Notes under the pieces: generated by a model | Told to the model about the DNA's origin: nothing | Seen by the model: only the letters and a program-made list of their open reading frames with translations | The model's database searches: none | Position numbers and translations under genes: made by a program | Assembly: GCA_964036045.1 (NCBI GenBank) | Contig: OZ038378.1 | Coordinates: 21,948,001 to 22,012,000 of the forward strand | Length of the DNA: 64,000 nucleotides | From: Eutreptiella sp. 'Long Island Sound 2002' | Taxonomy: Eukaryota; Protista; Euglenida | Reading direction: 5' to 3' | In this document: positions 24,454 through 36,375 of the stretch, piece after piece | Layout: every line of letters begins with the position of its first letter | How positions within the stretch are numbered: position 1 is the stretch's first letter

Positions 24454-26379
24454 TAAATATGACATCGTCGGCTGAGAATATGCGTTGTCGGAATGCTAAA
24501 CATACCCCAAATTTTTGGCACTAGTGTCGGCTGCTAGATTTTTCGGTACCCACACATGCATATCTCGTGTACGATGCATTTCAACAAGATTCGACAGTTG
24601 GAATGTTCCTTTTGTGATCAAAAACCATGATTCCAGCCCTTAAACCCTTGAAAATCGTTGCAATTTTGGAGATTTAGCCTTTAGAAGGGTCCCACGGGAG
24701 GGAAGAGCGGTACTTTCACCGGCGGCTCTGCGCGTCGAGCCCCCCTATTACCGCGAGCTGCGGCTTTCTAGCTGAGATTTGGGTTCTTGGGGCAATACTT
24801 TTTGAAGTCTTTCTGGTAGGTATGAATGCGTTTTTTGCATCAATCCAAAGGAATGATGGGACATGGCGCCGAAGGCGCCGGAAATTTTTTTTTTCCTATT
24901 AGGGCAAAGTGGAAGCAATCAAGCCAAAAACAATTTAGCCGATAAACTGCTTCAAATATCCGCTAATCCGCGGTGCAATGGAAAAATTTTTACTTTTTTT
25001 TTCGCTAATCCGCGGGTAGGCCATGGAAATAAATAATTAGCAGGTTTCACAAGATAGGGGGAGTATATAAACCATTCGACTCCGTTTGTTCTTCGAATCT
25101 TGGCAGCCACAATCTCCCAGCACCACCAAAGGGAAAAAAATACTCCTCACAACGATTGTTCCCCGGCGGTCGGGAGGCTTGGTGGAATTCCACTACGCTC
25201 CATCCCACCAAGCCTCACACGGACTATCACACATCAGTTGTCAGCAGGTGTAGGAGGTCTCACGGGGCACCAAGACCGAAAACAAACTTATCAAGAGGCC
25301 ATAGCTGTGACAAAGTAGCAAAGGCTGGTGTCATTCACCATTGTTCACCAATTCTACGTGTAATATACACGGCACACCAAGACAATGTCTCATGTCTTCG
25401 ATATTGTGTGAAGAGCCAGTGCCAACGGCATGGCTCCCGTGCCAGGTTCCTTGCAAACCAATGCAAACACCTTCCCTAAGTCGCACGCAGTCCCGGCGTC
25501 CACCAACAACAATCCAACGAAACTAACTACATACCGTCATCGAAACTCTGAAGGACAACGTGCACTGTCATACGGTAGAGACCTAGGCATCAACATCGAC
25601 AACCGTAGGCTTTTTTGGAAAAGAGCACAACGCGCACAAATGATTTAACATGGGCAGTCTTCCCACCTCTAATAGAAAACAACATGGGAACGCAAATATG
25701 CCATTTAATACCGCATGTGCCCCGGGCGTGGTCAGAAAGCAACACTAGTCACTGAGCACCGAGCATCTAACATTCCTTGCAAATGAATGCCGCCGCCACA
25801 AATCAATATCCCGGTCTCAACACCGCATGCCGATCAATCCACTCCCATTCCACCACATTTTGCAAGGCTGAGCTAGACCACAGTATCATATCCTCACCAG
25901 AACGGACAAAACAAAAGCACACAAGACCCACATATGCGATGAAAACAACAACAGCCAGAACGTGCCTCCCGTGTAACATTCGTTGCACCCAAATGTCGGT
26001 ATTACAGATCAAAGCCGCGACGCACGCAAATGCATGGAGCCGGCTGTCCACCACGGGAAATGCTAAGTAGAAATAGCGCAAAGGCTTCCGCGTAGGAATA
26101 AAGGATCTGCCCACACTGCGCACGCGCATCTCCTGTCAAATTTTGGGGGGAGGACTCCGAGGAGGCTGGGTCAGCCGTCCTCACTAGGGGTCGCTGACCG
26201 TTCCCGAAGCCTTGCGGACAGTACTAGGGAGCTGCGGGCTCCTTGGGGGTGGTGTTTGGCACAGGGGTGTGCGCACACCCGACACTGTTAGTACACCACC
26301 CAGAGGGTGGTGCCCGGGCCCTGTCGTGCAGGGCTTCGCACCCGGCACCCAGCCCATGGGTAGAGCTGGGGAGTACTCA

Positions 26380-26530
26380 GGTTGTGTTGTGTTGTGTTGT
26401 GTTGTTTTGCGTTGCGTTGTGTTGTGTTGCGTTGTATTGTGTTGTGTTGTATTGTGTTGTGTTGTGTTGTCGTGTTATTCGTTGTTTTGTTTTGGTTTTT
26501 TTCGTTGTGTCATCTTGTGTTGTGTTCTTC
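26380..26530. repeat. (TTGTG)n microsatellite, probable retroposon tail
   Basis: Degenerate gttgt pentamer run. It explains the Cys/Val ORFs in the track. Confidence 0.9.
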
Positions 26531-27432
26531 GGCTTCTTGTGTTGCCATGGGGTGGACAAAGGGGGGGGGCTACTTTTCACCTCCGTGTTGGGCCTGTGTC
26601 AACAAAACACAGGAGGGGGAGGGGGGGTATTTTTCACCTCTGTGTTGGCCGGCCGTGTTAACACGCCTTTTGCCCAGGGTTCACCGTTGTGTTACCACAC
26701 AACGCTTTCTGTGTTCCGGCTCTTAGTCGGCCCACGTGTAGTGAGCCTTGGGGTTTGTGGCATTGTTGGTGGGTCAGCTTCAGCTCGGGTCCTCCCCTAC
26801 ACTGTGCTAACCTCTCGGGCGGGCCATGTTGTTACAGCTTGCATGAATTTTCCGTGTACCTGTTGACGTGTCCGGCTTTGGGTTTGCTCGCCATTGAGAT
26901 GTGATTTGGAGGGAAGGGGAATTAAAAGAAACCTTTTGTTCTTGCTCCGCGGCACAAGTGGGTACACCCGCATGCCCCCAATGCACGGATAGTATGGAAG
27001 CACCAATCTTCGCCCTTGTGTGTAAATCAATTTGGTATGCATGTTGTTCACATGATTTGATATGCAATGCGCGATCACTAGTGTGGGGACGGACTATTAG
27101 ACAATATCCACAAAGGCGGTGGAAACGGAGGCTGCTCCGTGCATGTGAGACATTTGCATCGTATCTAAATCGCGTGTTCGGTACAACTCATATCTTTGGA
27201 TTGAATGAGCCAAATCATCGTGTAATCCAAACATGCTTCAATGAAAATGGGAACAATCATCAACCATAATGCTTCAAACATAAGGAACACATCAGACACC
27301 AGAATGAAGACAATTCCAACCCTCATCCTCCTAGCCCCCGCTTTTCGCTTCATAGCCCATGGACTCTATTTGCAATCATTGTGTAAGTTGTCGTGGACTG
27401 CGGTGAAGCGCTTGACCATGCCCTTTAGACCG

Positions 27433-27478
27433 ATGTGGAGTGTAATCGTATTGGCCGTCCTCCCCGTGATTCGTGCAG
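27433..27478 (+). CDS. Exon 1 of secreted mosaic protein: signal peptide MWSVIVLAVLPVIRA
   Basis: Hydrophobic 15-mer. Phase-1 donor CAG|GTTGTT. Putative trans-splice acceptor ctttAG 4 nt before the ATG. Confidence 0.65.
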
Positions 27479-27550
27479 GTTGTTTCCCTCCATCTTTTCA
27501 TCCATCCATCCACCCAACGGGGTCAAGACCTTGTGTTTGTTTCGCTGCAG

Positions 27551-27577
27551 ATTACACGGGTGTTTCTACCCCTGAGG
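27551..27577 (+). CDS. Micro-exon (D)YTGVSTPE(G)
   Basis: ctgcAG acceptor, GG|GTACCG donor, 27 nt, phase 1-1. Confidence 0.55.
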
Positions 27578-28270
27578 GTACCGTTGAACATATTATTGCA
27601 CCTTATCAACAATAGGATCGAAACATGTTCAAGCAAGCTCGGTGCATTTTCAAACAGGATCATATATTAAGACAAGCTCATGCTCAACAGGCGGCGATCA
27701 CACAAGATCAACAACACGCTAAAAAGATTTGAGAGGGCAGAACGGTCGGACTACCCTTAGCGAAGTGTGCCTCTTTGGAGGGTGTGCGAACAATTTGGCG
27801 TTTGTTTGCATGAAAGTAGGAGACCCAAATATGCATGAATAGGTGCCATCAAGTGGGAGCAAGCCCCCCTTGCCGCCCCCCACGAAATGAAGCCTCGTGG
27901 AACATGACGTGGGCTACGGTGGTGTGTGGTCTGCCCACCACCGGAAGGCGACTCCTCAGAGTGGCGACGGGAGGGCTCATCACGGTCCTACGCTCTCAAT
28001 GCCTGCGATGGTCAGTCGCCCCGGTGGGTTAGAGGTGGAGATAGGGGATGGCCGTGCCGTCTATGTGTTAAGGTTGCCAACTCTCCCTTAGAAACAAGAA
28101 AGAGGATGGTGATTCAAGGCTATTCATTCTCGATTTGCTGCGCTTCATTTCGATTTGCTGCGCTTAAGTCGAACCACGCAGTTTTGTTTTATGCTGTGGC
28201 TGAATTGCTTCATGGCTGAACGGATTAGGGCTGGTCGGCACAAAGGCACCCCCGCATGTGTCGCATACAG

Positions 28271-28555
28271 GTTGCGATTGTTGGGCATCTTTCTATGCGG
28301 ACCCCGACTTTGGATCCCGTCTCGGCACACACCACATGTCGGACCACCCGATGCACACAAACGTCACGTTTGACTTTGAAGCCCGCGCCGGATGGAGCAA
28401 CAACATCAGCAGCCTCAAGATCGGGGGTAGCAGCCGGGCGTGCGCGGTGACGCTACGCAGCATGTCCGGCGGACAGGAGCTGACCGTGGCAAGGGGCAAC
28501 TACTCACATTTGCAAGAATGGGATAAACGAGTGAGCAGCGTCATGTTGCAGTGTT
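28271..28555 (+). CDS. Beta/gamma-crystallin domain exon
   Basis: FYADPDF, WSNNISSLKI and GNYSHLQEWDKRVSSV Greek-key motifs. catacAG acceptor, GTATGT donor, phase 1-1. Confidence 0.85.
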
Positions 28556-28959
28556 GTATGTACCTGGGTTCACAGAATGCTCATTACATTTGGTGCGTGA
28601 GGCTCAGGGAGCATGCCGGTTGTAATACGCGGCGTGGTAAAACAGTGAAAACGCATATTACAAACACACGTGGTTGCACGAGCGACCCAAGGGACGAACG
28701 CCTTGAGCGCCCAAATGGCCGAACTGGACTTGCCGCCCGAAGGGCCGCGCCGTAATCGACGATCTCGTTTGCATGTGCAACGCACTATAGAACATATCCA
28801 ACGCGTTGCAATCCACCAATTACAATAATCCTAGGCGTCTTCAGCGAAGTGATCAAAGGGGCGATTTGTTTGATCTCAAACCCCTTGCCGCACCATGCTC
28901 CGTGCTGTGTTCTGAAATTGAGTGGTCGGAATAGCCAAGCAACGCTGATTTACTTTGCC

Positions 28960-29440
28960 AAAATAGTTCCGTGATACCTTTGGTGCAACCATGGGCATAG
29001 TGTCCACAATGTGTGTGCAGTGTCTGCATGTACACGATGTCGACAGCATGTGCACAGTGTGGGCAACATGCGTAGAGTGTCCTCCACGTGCACAATGTCT
29101 ACAACATGCACCTTGGTCCCGAGTGTCCACAACATGCGTGTGTATAGTGTCCACAACGTGTGTACGGTGTCTCCGCCATGTACAGCGTCTACAACACGGT
29201 TACAATGCCGAAAACCTTTGTCCTGTCTACGACCTTTGCACGTTGTGCACTTGGCAAGCACTGTGGACATGTTGTAGACACCGCTCACATGTTTTGGACG
29301 CTATGTGCGTGTTGTACACACTGTAAACCTGAAAAAGGTAGGCAGCGTGGGTCGTGTGGTGTCTACATGTGCACAGTGTCTACAACATGTGCACGGTGTT
29401 TACATGTGCACAGCGTGTGTAACATATGAACAGTGTCTAC
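28960..29440. repeat. GTGTCCACA/TGTGGACAC degenerate simple repeat
   Basis: Same family as window positions 1-60, in opposite orientation. Confidence 0.75.
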
Positions 29441-29486
29441 GTTGACAATCTTCTCCTTCCCTCACTCTTTTTGTTTGTCTGGGCAG

Positions 29487-29651
29487 TTGTGGATTGCGGT
29501 CACCCGCATCAGCCGCATTTCAATTTCTCTGGCTGCAGCCACACGAGCACGGGTGTGTGCAGCCCCACATGTGATGCGAAGTCCACCGGCAATCCTTCAG
29601 CAACGTGCGCAACGAATGGATCCTGGATTTATGCCGGCACATGCGCCTCGG
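29487..29651 (+). CDS. Sushi/CCP-like 6-Cys module exon
   Basis: CGHP...C...CSPTC...GNPSATCATNGSWIYAGTC. 165 nt, phase 1-1. Confidence 0.75.
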
Positions 29652-30415
29652 GTACACCCCGCTGTGTCCTATCCGCCCGGCTTGTCCAGTCGCAGAGCCG
29701 CTCTGTGTCCCCTGTGTATCCCCTTGGGTCTCCGCGTGCCTGTGCGTGGCACTCTGTGCCCCCATTTGCCTCCATGTGTCCTTTTGGGCCCTTTTGTCTG
29801 CACCTGTATGCGTCCCCGTCTTTCGTGTTCGCATCATTCACTCGCTTGGGTTTGGGTGTGCACAGGGCATGTGTGCATGCCGTCACAATTGCAAGATCCC
29901 CTGTGAGCACCGCAGGGGCCCCAGCGCCACAGGGCAGGGGGTTCGCGTACTGCAGGGGGTGGATGCACATGTGGTGCACAATGTGAAGCACAATGCGAGT
30001 AGACCACACAACACCCCCCCTCCCTCCCCTTTCCCCCGCCCCCCTCCATTCCAACCCGCCCCGCGCCATCAGGACCCACGCATCACACAGAAACCCCACA
30101 TAGTGCCCCACCCACCACTAGCGGGATCCGGTGCGACGCTGGTTTTTTCGCGTGGTTAGGGACTGGAAGCGGGGGGGGGGGGGTGACGGCTATTGGAGAC
30201 ACTTACTGTGGGACATTACACAGCCTCCCCAACATTCAAAACGATCGTTGCGGCTGCGAAAGGGCATTTTTGGACACAAAGGTGGCCATAATACAGGCTG
30301 CACGGGCCGTTGCTGCACAAAACTTGTCTAGTGGTGCGCTTTTTTGCCTCACCTTTGTCGTGCACGTCCCTCCACATCTCCAACGCATTTGGGGCCAGGA
30401 ACGTGATGTGTGTGC

Positions 30416-30440
30416 ACTTTCTGAGTGTCTATTTTTTTCG
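30416..30440 (+). other. Euglenid spliced-leader sequence in genomic DNA (relic SL)
   Basis: ACTTTCTGAGTGTCTATTTTTTTCG matches the Euglena gracilis SL exon as recalled (ACTTTCTGAGTGTCTATTTTTTTTCG), one T shorter. Confidence 0.9.
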
Positions 30441-30442
30441 GC

Positions 30443-30619
30443 ATAAGCAAGCTCCATACCATCGACAATGCGGTGCTCAAGCACCAGGTTGTGGAGGCCA
30501 GTGCGCCACCTACTTCCAACATGGAATTGACCTCGGTGTCAATTGCTGCTCCATTTGAGTTGGTTGTGTCCCACAAAATGCCCCCCCCCCCTTCCTCCTC
30601 CTCCTCCTCTTGGGTGTAG
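30443..30619 (+). pseudogene. Putative processed (retrocopied) mRNA 5' fragment, ATG mutated to ATA
   Basis: Begins 2 nt after the SL. Reads (M)SKLHTIDNAVLKHQVVEASAPPTSNMELTSVSIAAPFELVVSHK with coding-like codon usage, then runs into poly-C. Confidence 0.6.
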
Positions 30620-31329
30620 GGTTTGCTCATGTCCCTCATATGCATTATGCCCCCCTCTCCCCTCCTTCCCCCTAAGATTGAGTGGGGTGGGGGGTTGGGA
30701 GGGATGTGGAGGGCATCCCTCGGACCTGTCCCTCTGGGGTCCGGGTTGTCCTTTGCCCGTGCCCCCCAGCTGAGGGTCAGCGTGCTGGACTCCCGGCGGC
30801 TTATTTGGAGGGCCCGTTTTACATCATTATGGCCCATTGTGGCCAATAGTCGGTCGCATTGTTATTTTTTTGACCTAGGGTGGCCAATTTCCGGATGCCT
30901 TTTCATAACTTTGGCCCATGTTCCCCATTTTCCGGGTGTGTTTGTATAATTGTGGGCCATGTGGGTCGCTTTTGGCTGAATTTTAGCACGTGCGCCCAAT
31001 GTTTGGGTCACCACGATCCGCCGCCGATGGAGCAACAAGGGAACCACGAATGCCGTTTGAAAAAATTCTCCAAAGGGCACGGTTTGATGTGATGTGCTGG
31101 AAGCAACCGCCACCAAACCCTGCCCCTCACCCCTCTGCGTAACGTCTTGGATCAGCCCAACCTGGATCACCAGGGGCAGCCCCCCCCCCACCACCCGCGT
31201 TCCTCCTCGCCTGCGTGCATCACTGGTTGAATTTTGAAATAAATTGAAATGAATTGCCCGAAGGGGGCACCCAGTGTGTGTGTCGGTGGTGATCTATGGT
31301 CCATGACTCAAAGTTGGGGGGCTGGAGCC

Positions 31330-31750
31330 CTCCACCCCTTTAAAAGCACGCGGCTGAAATAAAAGCACGCCGGCATTTATTAAATGCATCAAAACAAAAG
31401 CACACAGCACCATCCCAGCCTCCCTGCCCCTCAAATGAGAGCTTAAAGACTGTGAAACTGATTGCCAAACACATGTTGTTTGTCCACCTCGTCATTTAGT
31501 TTTTCTTCCAAAAAGCAGCCATAGATAGCTGCTTAGGTGCAGCCTTTGGTTTGGGCTTTCAGGCCACACCACCTCAACCGGTGGCACAACGCAATCATGA
31601 TATTCTCGAGCCTCAGCAACAGTTGCAACAGAAGCATCGATACTAAGCTACAAACATAGCAAAAGCGTGGACCATAACTATAAAAGCCAGCGAAGAATAA
31701 AAGCATGGAACAAAAAAAAAAGCACGCGCCGGCTTTTAAAGGTGGGGGGG
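31330..31750. mobile_element. MITE-like element with TTTAAAAGC inverted ends and about seven internal AAAAGC motifs
   Basis: ccacccctttaaaagc at the left end and gcttttaaaggtgg at the right. TTAA at 31340 and 31736. Confidence 0.5.
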
Positions 31751-32093
31751 TACCACAGTGGCCTTGGCGGGCCTTCTCATGAACAAGGCGTGACTGTCCT
31801 GGACCCCGCAAAACGAAGTTGCATTGAGATGATTTGTCACGGGGAGACGAGGAGAAGAAATGCAGCACTGTCCCCATCAAGCCACCCACCTTCCACCTTC
31901 CGCACGCCGTGGGAGTCGGGTTTCTGCGTTAAGTGTCCCATTGCAAATTTACCGTTCGAATGTTGGCCCTGTGAGCCCACAGGGTGACTCTGGAGTGTGG
32001 GCTGTGGTTTCTGCGGTGGTGCTGCGCAATTTCATTGAGAGTTGACTGCTGACCCCTGCAACAGCGTGCCTTCTTCCCATTCCGATTGTGCAG

Positions 32094-32147
32094 GTGATCA
32101 CACAGTAACCAAGAGTCCCAGTGTGCCTCTGCTGCCCGAAGACTCAG
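32094..32147 (+). CDS. Linker exon (G)DHTVTKSPSVPLLPEDS(G)
   Basis: tgtgcAG acceptor, CAG|GTAGGC donor, 54 nt, phase 1-1. Confidence 0.6.
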
Positions 32148-33076
32148 GTAGGCTCTGCCATGTGACGACGCAGTGCCGAGCGAGGGTTGTCGTCATTACA
32201 ACCAATGTATTGACGCCGGACATGCTCCACCCCCGAAAGCGATGCATCGCTCGTGGATGCTGGCGTGGGTGCAGAAGAGCCCTGCTGCGCGAGATGGAGT
32301 GGGTGAGGGCGCATTCATCACCAGGTCGTTCCCCAGAGGGGACACACGATTTTTGTTTTTGGTGGACTGCCTCGGATCTTGTCCAAGCACCGTTTGTTTC
32401 TTTCCAACGCTACGTCACCGGAAGGCACATTTTTCCAGATAGTTATCCGTCGGTTTGCTTCAGGCATTGAATCCGAGGGGGGCAAGAACATATGGGCACC
32501 GAAGGTGCGGCAACACCTTCCGGGAGGTTACAACACCAGGGCCATTGAACAACCGCATGAAGATGACACGTGCTTTTTCTGGATGGTCTTAGTCGTGCCA
32601 CTTCACCATTTCGGAGGGAATGCTGTTGATGATTGGCAAAGTGTAGGGTCGTGGGCGGCAATACAGCCCGCAAGAACGGTTTGGTTTACGCAATGCGGGG
32701 GCGCGTCCGTAGTTTGGCTCACAAAGAGGGTCTTCAGTTCGCAAAGGCTCGGCCTATCACATCTCGCCCACGCCCGACCTGCTGCATTTCAGGTCAGCAG
32801 CTGCCTTTTTGGAGGGACTCGGTGTGTAATGCGTCCAAAAACCTATTGTCAACCTCTGCTTCGATGAGAAATCCCAAGTGGCCATAAGGGAATAGCAAAT
32901 GGAAGAGACATGCCAAACCCGTCGACCATATGCGACAATATGCGATTGTCGCATGTTTTCGCATCATCGGCCAATTGCACAAATACCCTGCACCCAGGCA
33001 TCGGCCATCAGTTCACGTCTAACCGCGGTCGGTTGACAGTATTCCTCTGTCGGCCACACGTTCCCGTGTCTCTCAG

Positions 33077-33283
33077 GCTGGTGCCCTATGTCCGTGGACT
33101 CGTTCTCCGGTTGTGCGGGACATCTGTGTCATTCGTACGATTCGCTGGAAGAGGCGATAGACGCGTGCGATGCACATTCTAATTGCTCCGCCGTTGCGAA
33201 GGAGCTGCACGGGTTTGTCCCGCACGCCGGCATCCCGTCGGGCAACGTGCTGACTGGCTTCATCAGCTGGAAAAAGGGCTGTG
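33077..33283 (+). CDS. Cys-rich (PAN/apple-like?) module exon
   Basis: WCP...CAGHLC..YDSLEEAIDACDAHSNCSAV...WKKGC. tctctcAG acceptor, GTATGT donor, phase 1-1. Confidence 0.75.
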
Positions 33284-36200
33284 GTATGTTTTGACCGAAG
33301 GCCGGGGTGGCGCTGCTGGGCAAACCCCAGCAACTCGCCTGTTTCCCTTTGGGAGGCGCCCTCGTCATACATCGCACGCAGTCCGTGAAGCGGTGATCTC
33401 CACTACCGATGATGTGGGTTGCGTGACGAATTTCCAGGGAATTCTAAGTGTTTACAGTCCGATAAGGGGTGCGCTGCAGTAGTCCGCGTCACCGTCCACA
33501 CTGTGCGCGCACCGCGCAGGCAGCCTCCTGAATAATTTCGCCCACCTGCCATTTCTTCTGCCTTTGGAGTGCAAATTCGCTGGTTGCCATCCGGAGGTAT
33601 GTGTGGATGGGTCGTGCTTAATGGGCAAACCAAACAGCAGCCCTGCGCGACATCACGTCTCGTCAGTGAACCCATACAGGGCCCCATACAATCACCCGTT
33701 GCTCAGCGGCTCCGGGGCCCTGCACTGTGGTTTCTGCTCGTCTCCTGCGGTTCTTGTCCCTTTGCAGCATCGCTGGCGCCCATACCCCCTCCTGGCGCCA
33801 GCAAGCCTCGCGTATAACGCCACCCAAGACCGTGAGGTTCGCAGATAGTCGGCGGAGTCGAGGTCGGAGGGGCGCGGATTGGGGGGGTAAAAACGAGACA
33901 AACTGCCATCTTTGGCTGCCGGGGACAATTATATTCCGACCGACTTCATTTCACGAGTCTGGATTACCGCAGCGGCATTTGCTGCTGGGCTTGTCACCGT
34001 GCACGCACCGTGGGAACATCCTTCGGTGCTTCCCTCTCTTTCTCCAAGGAACTCCTTGGGTGGCAAGTGACCGATGGTGGTTTGTGGTGCAGTGAGGTGA
34101 GTTGAAGATTCATTGACGTTGATAAATGACCGACGCTGGCTGAATGTCAGGGTGGGTGGGGGAGTCAGGCTGATTTCTCGGCAACTTCTGGGGAAATGCC
34201 CACCATTGTGGGCGGGGCTTTCTTAAATATGCGGGTGCTAGATTTGTCAGAGTGCTATCACCATCCGGTCTTTTCACTTTGTTTCCCATGGGTCGAGGGA
34301 TAGGGATAGGGGAGGGGCAGGGGATGGGCCAGTGGACGGGTCGATGGGTGGTGGGTTCCAGTTGACATTTGATTACGGCAGCTGGCCTTTCCGCTCGTCC
34401 GGTCATGTGTGCACAACGCAACCTCCCTAACCTTTCATAGCCCTTCCCCAGTCATAGTAATGGCCTGGGTCATGGTTCAGTGTTCCCGCTGAGGGGCATT
34501 CAGCGCTGCATCGGAAGGTAATGAGGGGGAGGGGGGAGGGGGTTTGGAGGGTGGAGGGGGGGGGCCTCACATCCTTGCCAAGAAGCCCACTCAAGCTACC
34601 GAAAAATGAGTTGGAGTAGGTGTGGGCCGTGCCGGACGCAGGGAGAAAAAAAATTATCAAGAGTCTGAGGCATAGTGTGGTAGGCAGGATGGAAGACAGC
34701 ACTGTACAGAAACCTCATATCCTGACAACGTTCTTTTTTGACTGGCTCGAGTTGTTCAGCTCGAGTGCTCAAGAATCGCTCTTGGAAACGAGCATCCCTT
34801 ACATACTGGGCACGAAGCCATAGCTCAGGCGCAGTTTCCTTCTAGAGCGAGATGACCCTCCCAATGCCCTACCGATGGGAAAACACCTTGTGGGCAAACT
34901 ATCCCCCCCCCCCACCACCTTGCGCAATCACGCTGAAAGTCAGGAAAATGACGGTCAGACCGGGTCCCAGTGCTTGGACAAGGCATTGCTTGCGCGCGAC
35001 GCGCGGTGCCAAAAGAACATATGTCACCACAAACCTGCAAACACCTCACCCTAAGCACAATTGTCGTAACAGGGCACTAGAACACAATGTGCAGGCAAAT
35101 TTCAGCAAGTTCTGGAGGGAGCTGGGGGGGGGGGGAGGACCAACACGAATCGGGGCAGAACCACGACGTGTTGGTGAACTCCCTCGTGTTGGTGAGGCCT
35201 CCGAACATGGCTCATCCGGCCTTTCGCAGTTCAAGTGTTTGGACATCCCCGGGGAACACACTACCGTTGCTATCCCCCGTGCTGCCTCGCGCCTGCCGCC
35301 TTTTCTCTCGAAGAAGCAACAATTCTTTCCACTTTGTGCCACCGATTGTTGTAGGTTGGAGTGTCGGCGATATCGTGTCTGGAGCACTTTCCTGTTTCAC
35401 ACCCACTGCTCAGCTGCTGCGCACAAAAGGTGTTTGCCTTTGTCGCTCCTCCGATGCGGATATCTGGGAAGGCAGAGGCACAACCAGCACACCCTACAAG
35501 AAATTAGGGGCAATATTTCGCCAGTATTTTGGCCTCGAAAAGAAGGTTTCTGCCTATTGTGCTGGTGCAAGGAACGCATGCTGCCTATCTATCTGGCCAG
35601 AGTATCAAGTCTCCTCTCTGTACCCCTGCTGGTGCTCACCAGTTGTCAAATTTCTTGCTGGTTTCCAAAATTGCAAAAACCTTTAGCCTCCATGTCCAGC
35701 CAATCAGCTCAAGTTAGAAGCCCAGAAGCAAACAGGACAAAGACAGCACGATTTTTGGTTGTTGCAGCCCGCACAACCAATGCTACCCTGATGCCCTGCA
35801 CAACAGAATTTCGATGGGATGGTGATCGGTATTCCCCATAAGTTGGATAGAATGAAGAGATGCATTCCATGCATTGTGTGCATTTGCCCACAATGTATTT
35901 TGCATTGTGCATTGTGCGCTCTGGGTGCCTTGCATTGTGCACAGTGCACGCTGTCACGGTTATGAACCTTGCACCCATCTCTCTCAACAATGCACACCGT
36001 GATCTCCAGCGTGCATTGCACACACTGCGCTCCGCACATTTGCACAGTTTCCAATTTTCAAATTGCCCTACACATTTTCAATACTAGAAAATTTGCCCTC
36101 TAAACTTTTTGCAATAGGACCCTTCCACACGGGGGATGATGCCCCGCATCTCCGGGGCTGCATCCTTGCCTCACATTGTATCCTCAGCTGACGCATAGGC

Positions 36201-36375
36201 CTGAGGCCAAGGGCTTTGCAAAGAGAGAGCACTTGTCAAAGTTCAGAGACCAAGTGGAGCCACAAAACACAATGACACAAAGAGGGATTGCAGCGGAGCA
36301 AACTGGCCAGGGTGCGAAAGTAAAGCAAGGCCAACAGCCCATATACTTTGTGGGCCCCTGGCCTGTTGGCTAGCC

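Noticed and set aside
26212-26866. Cys/Val-rich ORFs
   Set aside because: Translations of the (TTGTG)n microsatellite.
30416-30540. Functional SL RNA gene
   Set aside because: The SL is followed by GC rather than a GT donor. No Sm-like AT(4-6)G site, no tandem context and no 5S gene is visible, and the downstream sequence reads as coding.
34852-35841. 329-aa plus-strand ORF
   Set aside because: Spans poly-C and poly-G tracts with no domain signal. Real exons may lie in the overlapping frame (35160-35545) but could not be phased confidently.
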